In this document: positions 9,004 to 19,103 of the stretch, one piece after another | How positions within the stretch are numbered: the stretch's first letter is position 1 | How the letters are laid out: each line of letters begins with the position of its first letter | Virus record (IMG/VR): IMGVR_UViG_3300006213_002470 | Source: an uncultured virus (IMG/VR IMGVR_UViG_3300006213_002470) | Taxonomy: Duplodnaviria; Heunggongvirae; Uroviricota; Caudoviricetes | Strand: one strand, 5' to 3' | Length of the DNA: 64,000 bases | Program-made: the position numbers and the translations under genes | Notes under the pieces: model-generated | The model's database searches: none | Told to the model about the DNA's origin: nothing | Seen by the model: the letters and a program-made list of their open reading frames with translations, nothing else

Positions 9004-9435
9004 CTAGTTGAACGGAAGTTCCTCATCAATCCCGTCAGGGATATTCATGAAACCATCACCAGAAGCTGCGGATGCCGGACTGCTATTGTCTGCCTGCCGG
9101 CTCCTCTCACTTGCGTTCTTGCTTTCCGCAAACTCACATTCTTCTATTATCACATCGGTTGTATATACAGTCTGGCCCTCCTTGTTGGTGTATTTCCCCG
9201 TGGTAATCCTGCCGCTGACTATGATTTTTGTTCCTTTTTGCAAATACCTTTCCGCAAACTCTGCCCGTTTGTCAAAAGCAACGCAGGATATAAAATCTGC
9301 TTCCGCTTCACCTTCGCGATGGAATCTCCGGTCTACCGCAAGCGTATATCTGGCGATAGCCATTGCATTCTCCCCTGTAGAATACCGTACTTCGGGATCC
9401 CGTGTGAGGCGTCCCATCAAAATTACTTTGTTCAT
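9004..9435 (-). CDS. ssb: Single-stranded DNA-binding protein
   Basis: MNKVILMGRLTRDPEVRY, ADFISCVAF, acidic tail DEELPFN; GGAGG RBS. Confidence 0.95.
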   Translation of the reverse strand: MNKVILMGRLTRDPEVRYSTGENAMAIARYTLAVDRRFHREGEAEADFISCVAFDKRAEFAERYLQKGTKIIVSGRITTGKYTNKEGQTVYTTDVIIEECEFAESKNASERSRQADNSSPASAASGDGFMNIPDGIDEELPFN

Positions 9436-9524
9436 AGTGTTTTCCTCCATTCTGTTATTTGTTTTCCTGATCTTGTGACAGATTAACATGCGGCAGGCTT
9501 TCCGCCATTTTCATCTGCTGGTGT

Positions 9525-9797
9525 TTACACACAGTTTACCCACACAAATCCGTCTTTTGTAGCAACAATCGTCCCCGCTTCAAGCAGCTCATGGAACAGC
9601 TCATCGGTTTCCTCGCTATGGATGGTGCTAAATTCCTCGGCACTGTAATAGAAATTGTTTGTGGCATACATATAATCCTTTTCTTCCTGTGCCAGTTCGT
9701 CTATGCACTGATTATGCGCTTCACAGATATTTCTCAGTGCTGTTTCATCTCCCACATTTCCAAGTATAAGCCGCGCCATAATATCATTGTCATTCAT
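9525..9797 (-). CDS. Hypothetical protein
   Basis: ATGA overlap with the upstream gene; GGAGG RBS. Confidence 0.65.
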   Translation of the reverse strand: MNDNDIMARLILGNVGDETALRNICEAHNQCIDELAQEEKDYMYATNNFYYSAEEFSTIHSEETDELFHELLEAGTIVATKDGFVWVNCV

Positions 9798-10108
9798 CCT
9801 GCTTTTCCTCCCAGTGCCCGCCATGTAGATGCTGCCTTGGGAAATTCCCCTGCAAATTCCCTGCTTAATATGCCGGACTCTTCATATGTTTCCACATATC
9901 CGTACTGCAGCAGGTCCAGATTTATTTCGCTACGATGGTAATCTTCCTGAAAGTGTTTCCATGACTCTTTGGAATTATCGCATCCATACAGCATGTCATC
10001 CGCCCTGATGCATGAGCCGATCATTACATAAAGAGTCTCCGGATTGTCTGTCGCGCCCAGAAATCTCATACTGCTGTACTCTTTCCATTCATTGCAGGAA
10101 AACAGCAT
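9794..10108 (-). CDS. Hypothetical protein; a likelier start at 10128 is out of frame across an A7 run
   Basis: In-frame ATG at 10108; upstream ATG-AAAAAAA-GACG is shifted by one base. Confidence 0.55.
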   Translation of the reverse strand: MLFSCNEWKEYSSMRFLGATDNPETLYVMIGSCIRADDMLYGCDNSKESWKHFQEDYHRSEINLDLLQYGYVETYEESGILSREFAGEFPKAASTWRALGGKAG

Positions 10109-10136
10109 ATAATGCGTCTTTTTTTCATTTATTCTT

Positions 10137-11009
10137 TTACTTCCCGCCCTGCAATTTGACTTCATGGATAATCTCCTCCTTAGTTCCGAACAGTCTGCGC
10201 CCTTCCTGCCCATGCACGGAATGATAGAATTTTCCGGCATCACAGGTATGCAGGCTGTATTCTCCCGTTTTTTCTTCCCGGATCAGACACAAATGCTGTC
10301 CGCCGTCAACGGGCAGTGATTCCATCAAATCCTCCAGCTTTCCTTTTTGGACAAAGCTTCCAAGTATGAGCGCATCTAATCGTACATCAGGCATATCATG
10401 CAGCCAAAGTGAAAACAGATTATCTTCCTTTCGGCAGACTGCCATGACCGGCACATAGCTGACACAGACGAGCTGTTTCAGGAGCCCTGACAGCATATCC
10501 TGCTCATTCGGATCCATGCTGTTGACAAACTTTTTCTCCAACAGATCCGTCAGATACAGTGTCTGTGCCGGATTTAACGACACGTCCACATCCGACTTTC
10601 TGTAACGCGATCCGTGTCCGTTCAGCATCAGCGAACATTCTGCAGCAATCCGCGCCATCTTGAGGAAGGCATCCGCACTTTCTTCAAGTGTTTTTCCTGT
10701 CACAAAGCGCAAATGACGCCTCTGTTTCTGCTCATCATCGTATACCAGTGAAATGTCAAGGTATATTCCCTCGCTTCCGCCGAAATTCGGGATGCATATC
10801 GCATAATCATAATCCGGAAGCTCCCAGTCCTCATTCCAGTCGTTCTGGCTTATCAGGAAATACTCGTCTGGCAGCATGTCCTTGCTTGACAGGTGTTCTT
10901 TGAGCATTTCAAAGACTTCACCCATTTTCAGCATTCCAATATGCTTCACCCTGCCTTTTTCGTCCTTTTCGCTCCAACGGTCTACTTCAAAACTCTTAAT
11001 TGTTGCCAT
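10137..11009 (-). CDS. Hypothetical protein (MGE backbone)
   Basis: 290-aa ORF with AAGGAG RBS; NFGGSEGIYLD motif. Confidence 0.75.
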   Translation of the reverse strand: MATIKSFEVDRWSEKDEKGRVKHIGMLKMGEVFEMLKEHLSSKDMLPDEYFLISQNDWNEDWELPDYDYAICIPNFGGSEGIYLDISLVYDDEQKQRRHLRFVTGKTLEESADAFLKMARIAAECSLMLNGHGSRYRKSDVDVSLNPAQTLYLTDLLEKKFVNSMDPNEQDMLSGLLKQLVCVSYVPVMAVCRKEDNLFSLWLHDMPDVRLDALILGSFVQKGKLEDLMESLPVDGGQHLCLIREEKTGEYSLHTCDAGKFYHSVHGQEGRRLFGTKEEIIHEVKLQGGK

Positions 11010-11039
11010 ATTTCTTTTTTCTCCTTTTCTAAATTGATG

Positions 11040-11522
11040 TTACCATGCGGCCTTTGCCAGACAGTCAATGACGTAAGATGAAATTTTGTCCGAATAATCC
11101 AGTTCCCTGCCGTCTTCAAAGATCATTATGACGGAAAGGATACGGATCGGAAGATATTCTTCCGTTGACGTGTGCGGAAAATAAACGGCACACTCCGAGA
11201 TTACCGTATCTGCATGACGTGCTGCAAAGAAACCATACGTTAAATCCTTTTTTTCAGGACCATCAGCGTACAGTTTTGGCGCTTCTGCAACAAACTCCTG
11301 CAGGCAAAGCGCGACATGTGCCGGCTTTTTATCTGGTATGATTGTGCCGGTGCAGCGCATGGCTTCCATTGATACTTCCTCTGGCATTGACAAGACTATG
11401 TTTCCCGTCTCTAATGCATACTGCCCCATGTCTGCTTCCGCATCCGCAGCCTGGACAATCAAACACATCTCTTTTAATGTGCTTCCGTCCGGTTTGTCTG
11501 GTTCTTTGGTTATTGATTGCAT
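11040..11522 (-). CDS. Hypothetical protein
   Basis: 160-aa ORF with AAGGAGG RBS. Confidence 0.7.
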   Translation of the reverse strand: MQSITKEPDKPDGSTLKEMCLIVQAADAEADMGQYALETGNIVLSMPEEVSMEAMRCTGTIIPDKKPAHVALCLQEFVAEAPKLYADGPEKKDLTYGFFAARHADTVISECAVYFPHTSTEEYLPIRILSVIMIFEDGRELDYSDKISSYVIDCLAKAAW

Positions 11523-11573
11523 AAAACATTCCCTCCTTCTTCAAAATTTTGCATATATACGAATTTTTCGCAT

Positions 11574-11605
11574 AAAAAAAGCACCTGAGCTTATAACCCA
11601 AGTGC
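11574..11605 (-). terminator. Leader hairpin with T-run before the first gene of the small-gene block
   Basis: gcacctgag / cccaagtgc stem followed by T7 on the minus strand. Confidence 0.55.
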
Positions 11606-11994
11606 AAGTGCAATCCTGTTATTTAGTTACTATACCTGTTTCCAGGAATTAAAAGAAATCATACCGACTATGCCGGTAACATTGAAAAATTTAATAAACA
11701 TGAAGATATTATAATATATAACTTCATGCTTGTAAAGATTTTACTTTCAAGAAACACTTTCCAAGCCATTTTCCGGTTTCACAGCATTAACATTTAATCC
11801 ATTTGAGAAAGAAAAAACATTGTTAATGCTAAAATTCGTTTTCTCGTAAATTTTACCTCCTAGCTTCCGTAAACCGATATTATTATTTCCTAATTATAAA
11901 GTCCTCCTGAGCTGAATTTCTATCCAACCCAAGAGGACTATATTTAATTGGCATATATTCACATGTTACTATACCTCATTTAAGACAAGCAGTT

Positions 11995-12444
11995 TTAGTA
12001 ACTATATGCTACTTTTAATGTTATCGTTACCGTAGAAGCCGGATAGATGTTTCCGTTATAAGATACACCCTTATTTTTAATCCATATCGTCCATGTTCCA
12101 CTCGGATTTTCGCCTTCAAATCCAGTTATGGTAACGTTTCCACTTTTGGTCGGTCCTGCGATTGATTTTATTGTTCCCTTTGGACTTTCAACATAAATCG
12201 TATATGGATCGGTTCCACTAGCCACATTACAATACAACTCCACCTTAGTTATGGACGGATTGCTTCCCGAAACACTTCCCGATGTAACTGAGCTATATCT
12301 TGATTCTCCGCCACTAATTGCATTCAGTTTTACTGTTGTTTTACTGAAATTATTGGTAGCAGCAAGCACAGGTGTTACAAACATTAAGCAAGCCATCATA
12401 CAAGCCATAACAGCTGCAAAAACTCTTTTTGTTACTCTTTTCAT
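11995..12444 (-). CDS. Secreted protein, possibly proprotein-convertase P-domain-like
   Basis: Signal peptide MKRVTKRVFAAVMACMMACLMFVTPVLA; FEGENPSGTWTIWIKN; AGGAGG RBS. Confidence 0.7.
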   Translation of the reverse strand: MKRVTKRVFAAVMACMMACLMFVTPVLAATNNFSKTTVKLNAISGGESRYSSVTSGSVSGSNPSITKVELYCNVASGTDPYTIYVESPKGTIKSIAGPTKSGNVTITGFEGENPSGTWTIWIKNKGVSYNGNIYPASTVTITLKVAYSY

Positions 12445-12500
12445 TTTATGACCTCCTAAAATTTGAAATAATAAGTGAAATATATGCCATATAAAACATG

Positions 12501-13193
12501 CTATATCCTTGTATCCACTGATGCCTGTGTCAGCAAACTGCCAGATTTCTTCAAGTTCGCTTCCACGGATTCCCTTGTAATTCCGTTCAAAGCCCCAGAC
12601 GGGATCGGCTTCCCGATTTCCCAATTTGAATCTGCCTGCTTCACTGCGGATATAAATGTCTGCCGATACGCCCGCTCATACTGCTCCATAGTATACCCCG
12701 CTGCTAATCGATCATCTTTCTTCGTTTTTCTGTACAAATTGTCATATACATCCCTGCGCTTTGTCGTGTCTCCATTTAAAACACCGTTTTCACTCAAGAA
12801 TTCTTTCTTCGTCAGCTCAAACATCTCGTCCTTGCTACTCTCCGAAATGGAAATGATGCGCTTCTGACGACCTGCATTTTCATCCGTCAGCACAAGTCCG
12901 GCAAGTCCGTTTCTGGGGTTGATATAATCACCGTCTTTATCGTAACATTTCATCGAATTTTTAATGCACTGGATATTTGTGAACATTGCACCGTTTCCAT
13001 TCTGCGTCATTTCTTTTATTGCTGCCTTATATTGAGCGCTGTTCGTATCAATACCAGCAGCCCTTAATTGTGCTTGCACAGAACTACTGTTTAACTGCGA
13101 TAATTGAAAACTACCTATAACACTTGCGTTTTTTGCGTTTTTTGTTCCCAACATTTGTTGAAATAAAAACCCATAATCTGTGATTTTTGACAT
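12501..13193 (-). CDS. DUF3879-like protein
   Basis: SQLNSSSVQAQLRAAGIDTNSAQYK and EFLSENGVLNGDTTKR motifs; AAGGAGG RBS. Confidence 0.65.
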   Translation of the reverse strand: MSKITDYGFLFQQMLGTKNAKNASVIGSFQLSQLNSSSVQAQLRAAGIDTNSAQYKAAIKEMTQNGNGAMFTNIQCIKNSMKCYDKDGDYINPRNGLAGLVLTDENAGRQKRIISISESSKDEMFELTKKEFLSENGVLNGDTTKRRDVYDNLYRKTKKDDRLAAGYTMEQYERAYRQTFISAVKQADSNWEIGKPIPSGALNGITRESVEANLKKSGSLLTQASVDTRI

Positions 13194-13278
13194 AAACCCG
13201 TCCTCCTTGATAAAATAATTTGAAATCCTTTTCCATATAATCCCTTTGTACCACAAGAACAATATCATCGCATATACT

Positions 13279-13932
13279 TTATGCCTTTGCATCGAACACG
13301 TTGCGTTCTTCCAGATAATCTGGCAATGCAGCAAGCTCGCTGTTTCCTTTTGCAGAGCGGTATTCACTCCAATAGATTGAATAAAACTGCTTCTTTTTTG
13401 CAAGTTCTGCTGGTGTCATTTCATAGCTCCAACCATTCCCGGTATTAGACAAAACCTTTGCACCCTGACATTCAATAACAGCTCCATAGCCGCCTGTTGT
13501 TAATATTGGACAGGTAAGCATTCCTCCCCCTGCAAGCGCAAACTGCTTGTCAGCCAGACTGCCATGCCCTTCTGACTGTTCCAAAAAATCAAGCAGTGTC
13601 AACTCGCCAATTCCACGGCATTTTGTATTACTGCCATTATTTCTGCTCATAGCGTTTTTTGCAGACTGATACAACCTCTTTCTATCGGGCGCCACATCTG
13701 ATAAATATCCTGCCCTTAACTGTAGCACTTTCCGATCTATAACATCTCGTTCTGCCGTACTCTTAGCTGTTGCTGCTCTACGAGCAAGCTCTTTTATTTC
13801 TGCCACATATTCAGCTTCTGCCTTAGTTGCATTGGATGCCGAAGGAATATATGACCAATTGGGTTCGCCGCTACTACATGATGTAATTAGTTGGTTCTTA
13901 TTGCTATTTATCATTCCAACTGAAACACCCAT
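13279..13932 (-). CDS. Hypothetical protein
   Basis: 217-aa ORF with GAGG RBS. Confidence 0.75.
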   Translation of the reverse strand: MGVSVGMINSNKNQLITSCSSGEPNWSYIPSASNATKAEAEYVAEIKELARRAATAKSTAERDVIDRKVLQLRAGYLSDVAPDRKRLYQSAKNAMSRNNGSNTKCRGIGELTLLDFLEQSEGHGSLADKQFALAGGGMLTCPILTTGGYGAVIECQGAKVLSNTGNGWSYEMTPAELAKKKQFYSIYWSEYRSAKGNSELAALPDYLEERNVFDAKA

Positions 13933-13944
13933 ATCTTACACCTC

Positions 13945-14535
13945 TTAATTTTTTACATATTCTACAATCATTTTACCCCCAAATACGGTAAAGCCATCCA
14001 TTCCTGTATACTGCTGTAATATCCTTCCTTCAATCCTAACAAGAAATTTAACATTTGCAGCCTCGCCCTCAAAAGCTGTTGTTTTGTTTGTTGACGACGG
14101 TTTACTGGTCTGTTGGAACGGCACTGTTGCAGATGTATTTGTTGCATAGCTGGTAATAACATAGTTTTTAATTGTAGTGTATTTAGATTGAGTAACTTTT
14201 GTACCTGTCGGACAATAAATTGTAATACTCTTAATCGTCGCTCCATCCGGAATCACACCACTGAAGTCCACATTTTGACCAATAGAATAGATAGTCCCTG
14301 TTTGACCTGTAGAAGTTGCATAATCCTTGGATAACACTTTTGATGCTGTTGGATCAGCCGCATATACGATCGCCTCTCCATCTATCACATCATTCATATC
14401 TATTACAACTACTTCTGTGCCCTCTTTTTCCAATGCTTCCGCAGCATTAACCGTTGCTGCCCCCACAGGTGAAAACATTATTGCAAATGCCATCATTGTT
14501 GCAGTTGCCATTGCCAAAAAATTCTTTCTTTTCAT
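13945..14535 (-). CDS. Secreted hypothetical protein
   Basis: Signal peptide MKRKNFLAMATATMMAFAIMFSPVGAATVNA; first gene after a LytTR-type box. Confidence 0.75.
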   Translation of the reverse strand: MKRKNFLAMATATMMAFAIMFSPVGAATVNAAEALEKEGTEVVVIDMNDVIDGEAIVYAADPTASKVLSKDYATSTGQTGTIYSIGQNVDFSGVIPDGATIKSITIYCPTGTKVTQSKYTTIKNYVITSYATNTSATVPFQQTSKPSSTNKTTAFEGEAANVKFLVRIEGRILQQYTGMDGFTVFGGKMIVEYVKN

Positions 14536-14666
14536 GGTAATTACCACCTTTCTTTTGACTAATTAATGCCGAATTTAAAAAAACTATTGTGTATTCTTTC
14601 CCTTACTTTAATATAGTTACATTGTGATTCGTCAAATTCTCTAAATTTGTTAATAGTAATTTTCAA

Positions 14667-14695
14667 ACGTACAACTTTTTGTTTTGACGTACATA
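14667..14695 (-). promoter_or_regulatory. LytTR-type direct-repeat binding site
   Basis: acgtacaac-N11-acgtacata, 20-bp period. Confidence 0.7.
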
Positions 14696-14704
14696 TTGGC
14701 AAGC

Positions 14705-15286
14705 TTAGGATTGCTTTATAAATTGCAATTTCCCCAAAATAGTCAAAAGAGTATCCATAGTCAACCCTATTGTATACAATGTAATAAGATATCCAGCCTT
14801 TAATCCGAGTGTTACAATATAGACCACAGAAAAAATCACTGATAACATTCTAAGTCTATGCCTAAAATATTCTATTTCTTCTGTATCCAAATTTCTATTG
14901 CTATTCTTTACTGGCGACAATATTAGCAATATGATTATGTCAAGAATTGAGATTACTGCGGCACCCTGCCAACTGAAGTTTATCTCTGTTGCCAAAAGAG
15001 ATAAAAAAATAACGGCGCAGGAAAACAGGTAGCATCCAATTCTTGTTTTAGCATGGAAACCACCTGTATTGCGCCGAAAAGCATACAGAACCGCAAAAAT
15101 AACTACGAATTCAATAATTTTTTTCATACATAGAGCTATTGCAATATAAGAAATATAATGGAATGCTTTTAGTATGGTCATTTCCAAACCAAACTTATAA
15201 ACTTCCACATCAGCATAATTTATTGTACTATCCGCAACTAACCCATATGTAATTTTATCAATAAAATTTCTATATTTCTCGCTCAC
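14705..15286 (-). CDS. agrB: Accessory gene regulator B family protein
   Basis: YKFGLE, RRNTGGFHAKTRIGC with catalytic H and C, SPVKNSNR; multiple TM segments; GTG start overlaps the agrD stop. Confidence 0.85.
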   Translation of the reverse strand: MSEKYRNFIDKITYGLVADSTINYADVEVYKFGLEMTILKAFHYISYIAIALCMKKIIEFVVIFAVLYAFRRNTGGFHAKTRIGCYLFSCAVIFLSLLATEINFSWQGAAVISILDIIILLILSPVKNSNRNLDTEEIEYFRHRLRMLSVIFSVVYIVTLGLKAGYLITLYTIGLTMDTLLTILGKLQFIKQS

Positions 15287-15426
15287 TATTTTTTCTTTCT
15301 GTTCTTAAATTTTTTTGCGGAATCCGGTACAACCGGCTGATAGCCAAAAATTGCGCATGCACTATTCATTTCCTTTTGAATATTTTTGTTAATAACAGCA
15401 GCAATAATTTTAGATACTTTCTTCAT
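15286..15426 (-). CDS. agrD: Cyclic (thio)lactone autoinducer peptide precursor (46 aa, not in ORF track)
   Basis: Translated by hand: MKKVSKIIAAVINKNIQKEMNSACAIFGYQPVVPDSAKKFKNRKKK; C-x4-YQP-x-x-P motif; AAGGAG RBS; directly upstream of agrB. Confidence 0.85.
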   Translation of the reverse strand: MKKVSKIIAAVINKNIQKEMNSACAIFGYQPVVPDSAKKFKNRKKK

Positions 15427-15497
15427 TTATTCTTCTCCTTTATTTTTTTGTGTAAAATTTTACCAAAAATATAGCAATAATCAATAGTTTTTTCAAA

Positions 15498-15526
15498 ATG
15501 TACAACTTTTTGTTCCGATGTACAAC
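15498..15526 (-). promoter_or_regulatory. LytTR-type direct repeat in the agrD-agrB promoter
   Basis: atgtacaac-N11-atgtacaac, perfect 9-bp repeat. Confidence 0.8.
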
Positions 15527-15595
15527 CTAATATATAAATACAGATAAATACGGACACGAAAATAGGATAAACCTAATTAATCCATCTTATTTCAT

Positions 15596-16894
15596 CTATT
15601 CATCAACTCTGTTCAAAACAATATCACATACAAGCAACTGATTGGAATATTTATAAATAATACTACCTAAATAATCTTCTATACATCTCTGTATATTTAA
15701 TAATCCGACACCATTTCTTTTTGCGCTACTGCTATAAATTTTTCCATTTTTAACTACTACTGGATCTTCTACGCTATTTTCTATTCTAATGGATATCATC
15801 TCATTATATTCTTTAACGTATAAACCGATATATTTTTCTTCATTACATTTTTTAGTTGCTTCTAATGCATTATCAATCAAATTGCCAAATAAAGTAGTTA
15901 TATCTATTGGTTTCATAAAATTTATGTCGACTTCATTTGTTTCTATTTTAAATGAGATTCCACTTCTGTCTGCCACTCTTTTTTTATCTGACAACAAACA
16001 ATTTAATACCGGGTTGTCTGTATACATAAAGGGAACCAGCGGCTGCAGCATTTTTCGTATCTGATTTGTATAATTTAGAGCCTCTCTTTTAAAATCTTCC
16101 TGATATAACCCCTCGATCGTTTTCATATGCTTATCAACGTCATGCAAAATACTCATAGCCTCTTTGTATTTCACACTTTGTATCTCGTAGTTGTCATATT
16201 GAATCTTCTCCTGTTGTTCCATCATCTCTAACTGCATCTTATAATAATTCCGCTCATCTGAAAACTTTATAAAGTACAGCAGGTACATATTTGCAAAGAT
16301 GGTACATCCTACAATAACCATCAATACTAAGGGATTTTCTCTATTAGAAATAACTGCAATAATTAAAACATTGACAACGCTGTACACAAACATTATTAAG
16401 TAAAGAATATATTGCGTTTTTGTACGAAGGATACTCTTTTTCCATAATCGACTAAAAACTACATAGTATAAAAACAATAATACAATTTTTGAAAAAGCAG
16501 TTTCTATACTTTTTTGAATCTCCGTACTTTGTGGAGTTATCTGTATTATTTCCATAATTACGTCAATCAAGAAAACTCCTAGTGCTTCTGCTACACCTAT
16601 AACCATGAATAATGCTTCCGACTCAAATATTTGTATAAATCTTCTATCTTTTTCTTCGTAATAAAAAAAGTAGCTAACAAACCCAATCCAGATTACATTT
16701 ACAAGCATATTAAGTATAGGACTCATAAACATATTTATTGGAGTAACAACAATAATACTTACTATTGGCAACAATATGTATAATAGTTTACTATTATAAG
16801 CTCTCAAATATCTGTCATTAAAAAACTGGAACAATAAATTTACAAGAATCACACAAGATATAAATGAGCAAAACAATAAAATAATTCTATCCAT
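15596..16894 (-). CDS. AgrC-like membrane sensor histidine kinase (GHKL)
   Basis: Multiple N-terminal TMs; LHDVDKH H-box, GNLIDNALEA N-box, GVGLLNI G-box. Confidence 0.9.
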   Translation of the reverse strand: MDRIILLFCSFISCVILVNLLFQFFNDRYLRAYNSKLLYILLPIVSIIVVTPINMFMSPILNMLVNVIWIGFVSYFFYYEEKDRRFIQIFESEALFMVIGVAEALGVFLIDVIMEIIQITPQSTEIQKSIETAFSKIVLLFLYYVVFSRLWKKSILRTKTQYILYLIMFVYSVVNVLIIAVISNRENPLVLMVIVGCTIFANMYLLYFIKFSDERNYYKMQLEMMEQQEKIQYDNYEIQSVKYKEAMSILHDVDKHMKTIEGLYQEDFKREALNYTNQIRKMLQPLVPFMYTDNPVLNCLLSDKKRVADRSGISFKIETNEVDINFMKPIDITTLFGNLIDNALEATKKCNEEKYIGLYVKEYNEMISIRIENSVEDPVVVKNGKIYSSSAKRNGVGLLNIQRCIEDYLGSIIYKYSNQLLVCDIVLNRVDE

Positions 16895-16897
16895 ACC

Positions 16898-17647
16898 CTA
16901 ATGAAATGAATCATGCAGATATTCATTTATCCTTTCCCTAAATTCTTTAACTCTCCTTTGCGACAGCGGAACATTTCCACCAGTATCCAATAGAATGTCA
17001 TACATTTTAATCCGCATAACTCTCTCCAGATTAACCAGTATTCCACGGCAACACATTTCAAAGCCCAGAGGCCGCATTTTTTCTTCAAGTTTGTTCATTG
17101 CCTCGGTATATATGTACTCCGTTGATTTTGTCACAATTTTTATTTCTTTCTGCATTTTTATATATTCAAAATACACAATCTCTTTGACAGGGATTGATAA
17201 GATAGATTTTACCACGTCTTTCCCATCAAGACTATACCGAACATTATGGAAATCCATCAAAAGATCCTGCATACCCTCACTGTCCTCGAAAAACTCCTTA
17301 ATCTGTTCCTCAACAGCCGGAGCCTTTAAGGGTTTTTCCAAAAACGCGAACGCGTGTGTCCGGTTCATTGCCTCCTTACAGTAATTCCCAAAGTTTGTCT
17401 GGAAAATAATTTTTGTAGAGCGGTTTTTCCGATGGATATGCTTGCCGATCTCTATTCCACTTTCCTCATTCATCACAATATCCAGAAATATCAGATGAAA
17501 AAGCGATGCTGCCTGCATCAAGCTCTCGCCTGATTCATATTCCTGAATATCATAGCTCATAGAATATTTATCCATTACCTCTTGAAGTATGGATTTCAAA
17601 TGCACAATATCCTTTTTTTCGTCATCGCAGATTGCTATGTTTATCAT
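16898..17647 (-). CDS. AgrA-like LytTR response regulator
   Basis: IAICDD, LIFLDI, FLEKP receiver motifs; LytTR C-terminus (RGILVNL...VPLSQRR). Confidence 0.9.
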   Translation of the reverse strand: MINIAICDDEKKDIVHLKSILQEVMDKYSMSYDIQEYESGESLMQAASLFHLIFLDIVMNEESGIEIGKHIHRKNRSTKIIFQTNFGNYCKEAMNRTHAFAFLEKPLKAPAVEEQIKEFFEDSEGMQDLLMDFHNVRYSLDGKDVVKSILSIPVKEIVYFEYIKMQKEIKIVTKSTEYIYTEAMNKLEEKMRPLGFEMCCRGILVNLERVMRIKMYDILLDTGGNVPLSQRRVKEFRERINEYLHDSFH

Positions 17648-17930
17648 ACTTATTCCCCTATCACAAACCAACGGCATTTTTTACTATTATACATACATAT
17701 ACTACATAATTCTACATTTATTTCAATTATACTATATATGTAACGCAAATGTAAAATTGAATAATGTCCTCGATATATATTATAAAGATCAGGGAGAGCT
17801 GTCTCGACTTATGTATTCTTTCTTGATTTTTTTGCAAACATTAATAAGGCGGTTTATTTTACGGCTCATTATGCAGTTTCTTATACTTGAAACAGATGAA
17901 TTTTTGTAAACTCATTCTATTATTTTACAT

Positions 17931-17991
17931 AAAAACGGAGCTGATGTTCGGTAGCTTTTTCATCTACTTCTGCAACAGCCCCTGCTAATTT
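17931..17991 (-). terminator. Decayed terminator homologous to 20071-20123
   Basis: aaaaa.ggagctgatg...ggtag...ttca...gca.cagccc shared with the copy at 20071. Confidence 0.55.
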
Positions 17992-18002
17992 TTATTTTGC
18001 AA

Positions 18003-19091
18003 TTATAAATCCAAGTATATACCGGTACGTACAGCGAGTCTTCCACTAAATGAATATCCCAGATTTACGAAAACGGCAACTTCAGTAAGAGTTGTAAATG
18101 AGTAAACAAAAAGAGGTAATGCCGCAATAAATACTCCAACGACTGACAGCGATTCTGTGACTACACTCCATATAACAGAATGCGCGATTCCTTTCAGTCT
18201 TGCAATAAACTCCGCATCATAATCTGAATAAATACCTAATACATTCAATTGCCTTTCTACATATTCTTCGCTACTGATCCGAAATGCCTCTTTGTCCACA
18301 CCCTCTTCATAGTTTTCCATATAGTAACTGAGTACAACATCTCGAACATCTCCGAATGCGCCCACAATAGACTCCATGTTATATTCACCTTCGCCAGCTG
18401 CATAGAGCAATGCAATCTTATCCAGTACCTCCGAATTTATATTGCTTATATTCCCCACTGTTTGTGTATAATCAAAACCTGAATAACAAGCACTACCTAA
18501 TGATGCAAGTCCTGAAAAAAGCGTATTCAATTTAGCAGAATTTAAAAACGTATTATAAGCAGTAACATCACTTGATGAAATAATATATGGCAGATCGTTT
18601 GCAGTAGGTGCCCTTCCTGGTCCATCAACATAGTGTGATAAGTACAAATACGTTAAATACTTGCCAAAATTCTCCCCGCCTATAGAATTCCCTTCATAAT
18701 AGTTAGTACCATAATATCTTAAGGCCACTCCATATACGTTTTGAATTCGCTGCTTTTGATCCTGATATGATGCAGGCGGATTTCCATCATAATCATACAA
18801 TGCTAACGGGGTTGTATTGTCAAGTTCAACCATATCATAGAGTAACTGTAAGTCCTGCTCCTCTACATTTCCCGACATAGCAAACATATCCACTATATCA
18901 TCCATAGTGAAGCCCAACTCCTGTAAATTTTCAATCATTTCTTGTGTTCCACCGAGAAGGTCTGATAGTTGTTGAGCGGTAATACCTGCATCAGCTTTGG
19001 CATACACAGCCATCGGATTAATAATGACCATGCATAATGCTAAAGCCATCGAAAGCAACTTTTTTAAACTTCTTTTACTTAATCTCTTCAT
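18003..19091 (-). CDS. Secreted protein with hydrophobic C-terminal helices
   Basis: Signal peptide ending VYA; C-terminal IWSVVTESLSVVGVFIAALPLFVYSF; AGGAGG RBS. Confidence 0.75.
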   Translation of the reverse strand: MKRLSKRSLKKLLSMALALCMVIINPMAVYAKADAGITAQQLSDLLGGTQEMIENLQELGFTMDDIVDMFAMSGNVEEQDLQLLYDMVELDNTTPLALYDYDGNPPASYQDQKQRIQNVYGVALRYYGTNYYEGNSIGGENFGKYLTYLYLSHYVDGPGRAPTANDLPYIISSSDVTAYNTFLNSAKLNTLFSGLASLGSACYSGFDYTQTVGNISNINSEVLDKIALLYAAGEGEYNMESIVGAFGDVRDVVLSYYMENYEEGVDKEAFRISSEEYVERQLNVLGIYSDYDAEFIARLKGIAHSVIWSVVTESLSVVGVFIAALPLFVYSFTTLTEVAVFVNLGYSFSGRLAVRTGIYLDL

Positions 19092-19103
19092 TTCTTTCCT
19101 CCT

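Noticed and set aside
11745..11862. Small secreted-protein gene after an AGGAGG
   Set aside because: Start codon reads ACG and the frame breaks; at most a decayed remnant
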